From a virus, in IMG/VR virus record IMGVR_UViG_3300047510_003167, positions 1 through 64,000 of that record: a stretch of 64,000 nucleotides of DNA. One strand, given 5' to 3'. The notes beneath the pieces were generated by a model that saw only the letters and a list, made by a program, of their open reading frames with translations, did no database searches and was not told the DNA's origin. Each line of letters opens with the position of its first letter. The stretch's first letter is position 1. Both the position numbers and the translations under genes were made by a program. Positions 57,380 through 64,000 of this stretch are shown one piece after another.

Positions 57380-58092
57380 TTTCGACCATCATTCGCAATC
57401 GCGAATCACACGTAGCACGGTGGGCGGATCAGCTTTGCACCTTGACCGAACTGAATCCAACTATTCAATTTGATTTATCTGTTTTTGAGAATGACTCTAC
57501 AGACAAGACCAAACAACTCCTGGAAGCAGCAGAAGACCAGCTCCTTGACCATTTCTCATCTGTCTTAATTGAGACTCAAGATTTGAATTGGCCGTACTTC
57601 AATTCCATCAAAGAAGAAGAACGTGTTGGCTTCCTTGCCAGAGCACGCAACTTCACCCTTGATGTCATCGAAGAACTTGAGGGCCTAGATCAATATGACA
57701 AGATTGTTTGTGTTGAGCCTGACATTGAGTACGAACCAGCCGAACTAAGCAACCTCCTGTACACCAAAGATGACATTGCTTCCGGGTACAGCGTGCTCCC
57801 CGAAGGCAATAACTGGATCTACGACTGCTGGGCAACACGCATCCACCACGCAGACGAAGAGTTCACTGGGCCTGGCCTGGAGGAAATGCCTGAGCGTTTG
57901 CCCGTAGCATCAACCTTTAATTGTTTCTGCGTTTATAAAGCAGAACCTTTCAAGAAAGGACTCCGCTTTTCCGGCACCAACCCATTAACCAAGCGCTGGG
58001 ACTGCGATACCACAAACATCTGTTTATCTTTTCGGCAATCCGGATATAACAAGATCGGTCTCTACAACATCCCTGTAGTTCATTGCAGTTGA
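57367..58092 (+). CDS. GT-A fold glycosyltransferase, paralogue of 54306..55145
   Basis: FENDSTDKT...LARARN...EPD...YDCWATR...STFNCFCVYKA. Confidence 0.72.
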   Translation: MRILISTIIRNRESHVARWADQLCTLTELNPTIQFDLSVFENDSTDKTKQLLEAAEDQLLDHFSSVLIETQDLNWPYFNSIKEEERVGFLARARNFTLDVIEELEGLDQYDKIVCVEPDIEYEPAELSNLLYTKDDIASGYSVLPEGNNWIYDCWATRIHHADEEFTGPGLEEMPERLPVASTFNCFCVYKAEPFKKGLRFSGTNPLTKRWDCDTTNICLSFRQSGYNKIGLYNIPVVHCS

Positions 58093-58162
58093 TAATTACA
58101 ACAGTTGCTTTTACCTTGTGTTTACAACTGCGGTTATACTAAGGAAACCAAAAGATTCTGAA

Positions 58163-58369
58163 ATGGCATTATCTTCTCAAGTTAAAGAAGCTGTCAATCA
58201 ATCAGCCAGTGCCTTGCGTGAGGGCCTTGCTTTTGCCGCACGCACTGAACACCCTGTTGTAATTAGCACGATTACCGACATCTTGGTACGGCTTGAATCA
58301 CTTGAGTCCATGGAAGAAATCATGGAAAAGTTTGGCAAACCCCGCGACCTTCCTTCATTCTTTGGCTGA
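58163..58369 (+). CDS. Small hypothetical protein (MALSSQ...)
   Basis: ATG at 58163 within ORF 58118..58369; TATACT upstream. Confidence 0.6.
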   Translation: MALSSQVKEAVNQSASALREGLAFAARTEHPVVISTITDILVRLESLESMEEIMEKFGKPRDLPSFFG

Positions 58370-58535
58370 CTTTAAAGTTCCAAGCGACCAACAACGCCTT
58401 GAGAATTACTTCTGGGAACTAGAACGTCTTATCCCTAATCCGGGAAAAGACTGGGCCAAGGCTGCGAAACCATGCAAGTGGGCAAAGATACTAAAAGAAA
58501 AAGCCAATCGCAAGGGAGGCGAGCCCGGTAAATGA
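58362..58535 (+). CDS. Small hypothetical protein (TTG start)
   Basis: Overlaps the upstream stop; ends KGGEPGK. Confidence 0.5.
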   Translation: MADFKVPSDQQRLENYFWELERLIPNPGKDWAKAAKPCKWAKILKEKANRKGGEPGK

Positions 58536-58572
58536 TTTTGTGCTATTGTAAGGAAAGCACAAAACACCTCTA

Positions 58573-59181
58573 ATGCAAAAACTGTGTCGTGAATGCGGTA
58601 TTAGAAAACCGCACGAAAATTTTCAAAATAAAGGAGTTACATCTTCTGGCAATATAAAAAGAAGTAGTGTTTGTAAAGAGTGCAGCTCTATTCTTAATCG
58701 TCGTTTTAAACTTTTGTATGGCGTAGATGGACAAAAACAGTGTTCCAAATGCGCTCATTATTTAGATTGGGATTGTTTTAGAAAAAGAAAACAAGATGGC
58801 AAAACGTATTTACACTCTTCTTGTAAAACTTGCAACAAAATAAAATGGGACAAATGGGTAGAAAATAATAAAGAGCATTATCAAAAAATTAAAAAACAAG
58901 GTCAAAATATATTTCATCATGAACACAAGAAATACGAACGAAGAGGCATTACAAAAGAACAATATGAATTTGTTTTTAAATTACAAGAGGGAGTTTGCGC
59001 AATTTGCCAAGAATTACCTAAAGATAATCAATCTTTAGCAATGGATCACAACCATAAAACCAATGAATTTAGAGGATTACTGTGCAAAGAATGTAATAGA
59101 GCTCTGGGCTTGTTTGGTGATAATATAGATGTATTGACAAACGCAGTCATTTATCTTAAAGAACGAGGCAGCTATGGCTGA
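58573..59181 (+). CDS. Endonuclease VII-family nuclease, free-standing homing-endonuclease-like
   Basis: Two CxxC...CxxC fingers plus QEGVCAIC...MDHNH....RGLLCKECNRALG.F.DN; markedly AT-rich. Confidence 0.88.
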   Translation: MQKLCRECGIRKPHENFQNKGVTSSGNIKRSSVCKECSSILNRRFKLLYGVDGQKQCSKCAHYLDWDCFRKRKQDGKTYLHSSCKTCNKIKWDKWVENNKEHYQKIKKQGQNIFHHEHKKYERRGITKEQYEFVFKLQEGVCAICQELPKDNQSLAMDHNHKTNEFRGLLCKECNRALGLFGDNIDVLTNAVIYLKERGSYG

Positions 59182-59482
59182 AGATAAAAGCAAGTACACA
59201 AAACCTGACTTACGTGAACGTATTAAAAATCGCGTAATGCGCGAAGGCCGGGGTGGAAAACCAGGGGAATGGTCGTAGCCGTGAGGCTAAATAACTTCGG
59301 CACGTAAAGCTCAACTGGTTGCTCAGCAATATAAAGAAGCCGGTGGCGGATATAAAGGCGGCAAGGGTGAGAAGCAAAAGTCTTTAGAGAAGTGGGGAGA
59401 AGAAAAGTGGCAGACCAAGGATGAATACGAGAAGCGCTCCAAAGCTAAGTCTGCAGCCAAAAAATATAAGGAGAATAAGTAA
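59174..59482 (+). CDS. Conserved small basic protein (DUF5872-like N-half) interrupted by a 24-nt stop-containing insert; candidate translational bypass
   Basis: MAEDKSKYTKPDLRERIK...GGKPGEWS [TAG CCG TGA GGC TAA ATA ACT TCG] ARKAQLVAQQYKEAGGGYKG...KWQTK; both sides are in the same frame. Confidence 0.75.
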
Positions 59483-60192
59483 TGGACGCTCGTCAACAAG
59501 CTCAAAGCTTTTTAAAAACTTTTAATTTACAAGAAGCAAAAGATAAAATTATTCGTTCGTCACAGCTTTCAATAAATAGCGGCGGATATGAATTACCTGG
59601 AGCAACTTGGCGACAGCTTACCAATCAAATAGAAAAAGAAGAAAAACAAATACCTTTAGTTGCAAAAAATAAAATAGTTGAAAAACAATCTTTAAATCTA
59701 TTAAAACAACAAAATCTTCAACAAAAAATACAAGCAAATAAAGAAGATTTAAGAGCACAAGCCCATAAAGCTTTATCGACTAATCCGGCTGTTAAGTTAA
59801 ACACTAATCAAGTTATTAGCGATAGTTGGCTTCCCGGTCAAGCCAGTGCAGCAGCTCATTCTTACAAAGAAGATGTTTTGTCTTATGCATTAGAAGCTTC
59901 TAGAATTAGAAATATGCCAATTCAAAAAGCTGTTCAAGAAGCTGTTCAAAATGTCTCCCCTTCTTCTTATTTAGGAAACGTGCCTTTAAATGCTGGAGAA
60001 ACTACTCAGATAGCAACAGCCGCAAGTAATCCTTATTTTCAAAGGCTTGTAGAATCAGATGAGTTAGGGTATAGCCCAAGAGAAGCCCTGGAAATTTATA
60101 GTAAAACAGATCCAAAATTTTTATACGGAGCAGATAATTTGCGTACGCAAATTAAAAAAGAAGATTTTGACGATGAATGGGAAATGTATTAA
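59482..60192 (+). CDS. Hypothetical AT-rich protein
   Basis: 236 aa, TAATG-coupled on both sides. Confidence 0.65.
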   Translation: MDARQQAQSFLKTFNLQEAKDKIIRSSQLSINSGGYELPGATWRQLTNQIEKEEKQIPLVAKNKIVEKQSLNLLKQQNLQQKIQANKEDLRAQAHKALSTNPAVKLNTNQVISDSWLPGQASAAAHSYKEDVLSYALEASRIRNMPIQKAVQEAVQNVSPSSYLGNVPLNAGETTQIATAASNPYFQRLVESDELGYSPREALEIYSKTDPKFLYGADNLRTQIKKEDFDDEWEMY

Positions 60193-60401
60193 TGGCTGAC
60201 AAAGCAATTCAACCTGGGTATACCAAGCGTTACTTACCAGAAAAAGCGTGGGCTTCTTTATCGAAAGAAGAACGGGAGGAAACTGATCGCAAGAAACGAG
60301 AAGGTAGCAGGCAAGGAAAACAATTTATTCCTAATACGGAAACCGCCAAGAAAGCTGGTAAGGCTGCACGAGCTGCAAAGCATTATAAAAAGAAAAAGTA
60401 A
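60192..60401 (+). CDS. Small basic protein (DUF5872-like C-half)
   Basis: KAIQPGYTKRYLPEKAWASLSKEEREETDRKKREGSRQGKQFIPNT. Confidence 0.7.
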   Translation: MADKAIQPGYTKRYLPEKAWASLSKEEREETDRKKREGSRQGKQFIPNTETAKKAGKAARAAKHYKKKK

Positions 60402-60415
60402 TATAGAATACATTC

Positions 60416-60489
60416 GCTCTCTGTAAACCCAGAGAACAGGTATGGACACTCCCGTCACATGATCCCGGCTTGAGCAACCGGGATTTTTT
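60416..60489 (+). ncRNA. Candidate small RNA (hairpin, single-stranded core, terminator), Yfr1-like layout
   Basis: TAGAAT at 60404-60409; hairpin TCTCTG/CAGAGA; ACTCCCGTCACA core; terminator ATCCCGG..CCGGGAT-T5. Confidence 0.4.
60462..60489 (+). terminator. Rho-independent terminator
   Basis: ATCCCGG-CTTGAGCAA-CCGGGAT followed by a T run. Confidence 0.8.
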
Positions 60490-60509
60490 GTTATGTTAGA
60501 TTTGATATA

Positions 60510-60723
60510 GGTCAAAACTTTGCTTGGATACGCCTGGTTAACTCACAGCCCGATTGTCGGTACGTCAAGCACTTTTGATCCATCCCACCCCTATTGCTCT
60601 GTCGGTAGGGTGCAGCCAGCCTGCTGGTTTGCGTAACACCCCCTAAGCCTATCTCTCATTATGGATTCATTCGCTATTCGCGAATGGCAAATGGATTTAG
60701 AGATGAAGCTCAAACCTGGGGGT
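60510..60723 (+). ncRNA. Candidate structured non-coding RNA
   Basis: Multiple nested helices with G-U pairs on the + strand (see findings). Confidence 0.5.
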
Positions 60724-60727
60724 CACT

Positions 60728-60799
60728 CGGTCGGTAGTCCATTGGTAAGGACAGGGCGACAAGCTACGTAGATAGTTGGTTCGATTCCAACACGACCGA
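60728..60799 (+). tRNA. tRNA-like element with a non-canonical anticodon arm (pseudo-tRNA)
   Basis: Acceptor CGGTCG/CGACCG, T8A9, D arm GTCC-ATTGGTAA-GGAC, T arm GTTGG-TTCGATT-CCAAC; the anticodon stem does not pair. Confidence 0.65.
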
Positions 60800-60836
60800 T
60801 TTATATTGTTATATTTATAAGAGCTTTAATAGTTAT

Positions 60837-61085
60837 TTGCCTAACAGCAGAGCAAAACTTCAAGAGAATCGAAACAAACTCCTGGAGTATAAAAAAACTT
60901 TAAAGTGTGAACACTGTGGAATAAACGACCACAGAATCCTTGAGTTCCATCATGTTGGAACTAAGGATCACAACATATCAACAATGGTTAATTACGGATA
61001 CGCCTGGCGGCGCATCCAAGAGGAAATAGAAAAGTGTATTGCTTTATGCTGCAACTGCCACAGGCTTGAGCACTGGAGCGATTAA
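60837..61085 (+). CDS. Small HNH endonuclease
   Basis: CEHCG...LEFHH...KCIALCCNCHRLEH. Confidence 0.8.
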   Translation: MPNSRAKLQENRNKLLEYKKTLKCEHCGINDHRILEFHHVGTKDHNISTMVNYGYAWRRIQEEIEKCIALCCNCHRLEHWSD

Positions 61086-61633
61086 GAATTTCGGAGCGTA
61101 GCTTTGATAAACCAAGCAGCTTTAAACGCCTGACCAACAAGATCAGCCATGTAGTTCTGGATGTCAACAGCACCAACCTTGGCAGCAACAGGCTCAAGCT
61201 TTTTGGCTTTCATGCCCAGCTCCTCAAGGTTCTTGTAGTACGTAGCAAGTTGCTCGGTACCCTTGTAGCTGGTGACTTTCTGGATGCCAGGAGACATGTC
61301 GGTCAACCCACAGCCACACATCGGCATAAGGTAGTCCATGGACCTGATAAACTCACCTAGCGTGTCGAACTGGGTCAGATGAGCCTCGTATTGGTCTTTA
61401 AGGAACCCATGCACCCCGAGGAAGTTCGCCCCCTCGTAGTTCAGGTGAATGAGATGGGACTGTGTCTCAAGTTCCTTGATGTAAGCGCAGAGGGCAATGC
61501 ACTGCTGAATGAAGGACCCGACATCACCATTCTTTGATTTAGCCGGACCCTTAGGCTTGTCCTGGGGCTGAGGTACAGCTTGCATTTGGGGAGCCTCAGC
61601 AGACTGAGCCTGTTGTGGTGCAGGGGTATACAT
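61082..61633 (-). CDS. dps: Dps/ferritin-like DNA protection protein
   Basis: HLIHLNYEGANFLGVHGFLKDQYE....FDTLGEFIR...KAAWFIKA. Confidence 0.8.
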   Translation of the reverse strand: MYTPAPQQAQSAEAPQMQAVPQPQDKPKGPAKSKNGDVGSFIQQCIALCAYIKELETQSHLIHLNYEGANFLGVHGFLKDQYEAHLTQFDTLGEFIRSMDYLMPMCGCGLTDMSPGIQKVTSYKGTEQLATYYKNLEELGMKAKKLEPVAAKVGAVDIQNYMADLVGQAFKAAWFIKATLRNS

Positions 61634-61659
61634 AAGTCTTGATCAGTAGTTCTAGTTTA

Positions 61660-62979
61660 TCAGCGGCTAACCTCTTCCCAATCCATAGAAGCAAGGATAT
61701 CAGAACCTGCTTGAGCAGAGCTGCAAGCCAACGTAAGTTCTTCAGGAGTACTGGTGAAGCTATTACGCACCAATTGAAATTTAAACAAAGCTTCTTTTAA
61801 AATATCAATAACGCTTGATCCTTGGTTTGAACCAGTTGTGTAGCCACCAGCCAACACACGACCAGAGCCTTGAGTAAAAGAAGTACCACTGATGTTGTAT
61901 TCAACAGAAGAATCATCTCCCAAATTAGCCCATGTCCCGCCAGACGTTGTGCCTCCAGCAATGATTTTCCAGTTGTAATTTGAGTTGTTTGTAATTCCCA
62001 TGATTGATAAAGCAGTTAAGATAACCACTGCATCAAGGCGAGTTGATTTAAGACGAATAGAAACAACAGGATATTCCGTAGAAATATTTGTTAAATCATA
62101 CGGTGATGCAACAGGAGTACCAATAGAAGACTGTGCTCCACGCAATTCATAACCACCTTCTGAAATTACTGTTGAACAAACTTGCTTTAATGTGCTACTA
62201 CTTGCAGTTGTATCAAGATTTGTAATTTCATATCGCAAAGGAAGCGATGCAGTAGTGATATACGTTGATGTAATTAAATTGGCGTGATGGAAAGAATGGC
62301 AGTGAACTAATTCACCATTGATTACAAACCCAGCACGTACCGTGCCCAAGCCTAACCATTCAATATCAAACCAAAGGATTTGAGCCTTGGTAATATCTAA
62401 AGTAAATCCTGAAGGACCCTTGCCGTCAAGTTTATCAATATTCCAATTTTCTTGAACAGCAATTGTTTCAACAGGACTACCAGTTACAGAGCTTCTTTCT
62501 ACAAAAGAAGGTGAAGATGTACCACTTACTTCAAGGTAAACACCATTTGCTGATCCATAGTAACCAACTCTTTGACGCAAGTTGGCTTTACCAGAAGCCA
62601 TTACAAATGTACTCATAATCTGCAGGGATTTCCCTGGTTGATAAGAGCAGACTTTTGTAGTTTCTCTTATAACTTGAGCACCAGAAGCTGTAGTTACGTT
62701 TAAATTAATTAAGCCTTCACCACTGCTAAACGCATATGTACCACCAGTCCCTGTTGATGTAGCCCACAATCCATTATCACGATATCGATGACTGGAGTCA
62801 AAAAGAGTTAAAGGACTTGAAATACGTAAACGTCCAAATGCATCACCAGCTGTTGAAGTTGGTTTTATAGCAACAGAATAACCACTAGCTGTAATTACTT
62901 CTAATGGATTACCACTAGTTGTTTGTACTTTGATTACTTCATACAGATTAGTATCCGCCGGATCTCTATATAAAGGCAT
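61660..62979 (-). CDS. Beta-rich putative virion protein
   Basis: DAFGRLRISSP.TLFDS...YQPGKS...IEWLGLG pattern seen in phage structural proteins. Confidence 0.6.
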   Translation of the reverse strand: MPLYRDPADTNLYEVIKVQTTSGNPLEVITASGYSVAIKPTSTAGDAFGRLRISSPLTLFDSSHRYRDNGLWATSTGTGGTYAFSSGEGLINLNVTTASGAQVIRETTKVCSYQPGKSLQIMSTFVMASGKANLRQRVGYYGSANGVYLEVSGTSSPSFVERSSVTGSPVETIAVQENWNIDKLDGKGPSGFTLDITKAQILWFDIEWLGLGTVRAGFVINGELVHCHSFHHANLITSTYITTASLPLRYEITNLDTTASSSTLKQVCSTVISEGGYELRGAQSSIGTPVASPYDLTNISTEYPVVSIRLKSTRLDAVVILTALSIMGITNNSNYNWKIIAGGTTSGGTWANLGDDSSVEYNISGTSFTQGSGRVLAGGYTTGSNQGSSVIDILKEALFKFQLVRNSFTSTPEELTLACSSAQAGSDILASMDWEEVSR

Positions 62980-63024
62980 TGTCTTTTATGTTTTATTTCT
63001 TAATTCTATGACGTACTTTTTAGC

Positions 63025-63264
63025 TTAAAAATAGCCAAGCAATTCTTCTGCATGTTTGTGTTGAGCAAGCGTATATGCATACCTTTCTCTAAGCACTTCC
63101 ATAAACCCTTCCGCTATTTCTTTGGCGGACAACCCTTCTTCAAACTCAGTGAGAGTGTCGTGAAAATATTCTTTGATCCTTTCTTTGGTAAAGACAGGAG
63201 CTTTAAAAACAGAAGGCAAGTTGTTAATAGAGTTTGTCATTTGTTTTAAATAAATAGCGCCCAC
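63025..63264 (-). CDS. Hypothetical protein
   Basis: 79 aa in a minus-strand small-gene cluster. Confidence 0.5.
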   Translation of the reverse strand: MGAIYLKQMTNSINNLPSVFKAPVFTKERIKEYFHDTLTEFEEGLSAKEIAEGFMEVLRERYAYTLAQHKHAEELLGYF

Positions 63265-63282
63265 TGACGTGAGCGCAGGACA

Positions 63283-63573
63283 TCAAACAGCAAGTGCTTT
63301 TTCTTTTTCGTACTTTTCAATTGCATCAAGTGCATTAAAGTACTGATCACGGCAATAGGGACCAGCTTCGCTCAAGCAAAACCGTTCCCACAATCCTGTA
63401 TAGCAATGATTAGTGGGTTTGTAGATTTGATACATGTGTTCAGCAAAGTCCGCTTTGCGTTGTTCATATGCAACGTCCCAGTTTTTTAGTTGCTCTTTGA
63501 GCCAAGGAGTATCAAAAGCTCCAGTCGTATTAAGTTTCTTAGCCAGATCTTCAGTCATTGGCTGGACCTTCAA
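63283..63573 (-). CDS. Hypothetical protein
   Basis: 96 aa. Confidence 0.55.
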   Translation of the reverse strand: MKVQPMTEDLAKKLNTTGAFDTPWLKEQLKNWDVAYEQRKADFAEHMYQIYKPTNHCYTGLWERFCLSEAGPYCRDQYFNALDAIEKYEKEKALAV

Positions 63574-63754
63574 TTGCAGTAATGCTAGTAAAAACGTTTT
63601 TAATCTTGGGGCTAGCTTCCAAAATTAAATCGTCAATTTCATCTTGCAATCGAATGGCTAAGTCTTGAGAGGTAATGCCTTCAAAAGGATTGTGCTCAAT
63701 TTCAATATCGACCGCAAATGATACGGTCAACGTTGGAGTAAAAACTTTCTCCAT
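63551..63754 (-). CDS. Hypothetical protein
   Basis: 67 aa. Confidence 0.5.
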   Translation of the reverse strand: MEKVFTPTLTVSFAVDIEIEHNPFEGITSQDLAIRLQDEIDDLILEASPKIKNVFTSITAIEGPAND

Positions 63755-64000
63755 TGGTGGAACGAGGGAACCTTAACAGGATAGCAGTTTATTTTTCCAG
63801 CAACCGCTCAAGGGAATGAGTCTTAGCATTTTCATAATATCCAAGCCGCTCTTGGATAACGTTGTAATAATTAATAGAAGCATCAACCATTTCTTCTGCA
63901 GTCATTTGCGACGACAGGTTTTCATTTGAGATCATGGCGGCAGTAAGCACGGTTACGCCCCACTCAAGCTTGGAACCAATGATGGCAGAAAGAGGTGTAC

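Noticed and set aside
59276-59290. Stop-codon reassignment or readthrough as the explanation of the interrupted gene
   Set aside because: TAG, TGA and TAA are all in frame within 15 nt, and all three terminate ordinary genes elsewhere in the window
59273-59299. Self-splicing intron
   Set aside because: 24 nt is far too short, and no register of the insert gives both a 5'-exon U and a terminal G
59291-59299. ATAACTTCG matches the start of a loxP arm
   Set aside because: Only 9 nt, no second arm and no Cre-like gene; probably chance
60661-60771. 36 aa ORF (MDSFAIREWQ...) in the structured region
   Set aside because: No RBS, and it runs through the tRNA-like element; RNA structure explains the region better, though translation is not excluded

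Overview
A 64 kb segment of a dsDNA tailed-phage genome, very likely a cyanophage. The host inference rests on an NblA-like gene, a cyanobacterial-type integrase remnant and a Yfr1-like sRNA. The window holds Gly/Ala-rich putative internal virion proteins (1-6 kb) and a head module with terminase large subunit, portal, an overlapping scaffold and major capsid protein (7-15 kb). It also has four peptidoglycan hydrolases, collagen-like and repeat-rich fibres, a glycosylation set (four glycosyltransferases, a methyltransferase, Gmd, a ColD-type dehydratase), primase-helicase, exonuclease, dcd, speD, dps and several HNH/EndoVII nucleases. No tail sheath, tube or tape measure gene was recognised. 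The strongest novel signal is at 59273-59299. There a conserved small gene, directly downstream of an EndoVII-type endonuclease, is interrupted in frame by a 24-nt insert: TCG, TAG stop, GNRA hairpin, then a matching TCG. This is the layout of a programmed ribosomal bypassing (hop) element. Other notable signals are a structured ncRNA ending in a tRNA-like domain with no anticodon arm, start-occluding hairpins overlapping -10 boxes before toxic or late genes, an origin-like palindrome with iterons and a shared operator, and apparently catalytically dead integrase and Dam-like genes. All family calls come from motif recognition; no database searches were run.
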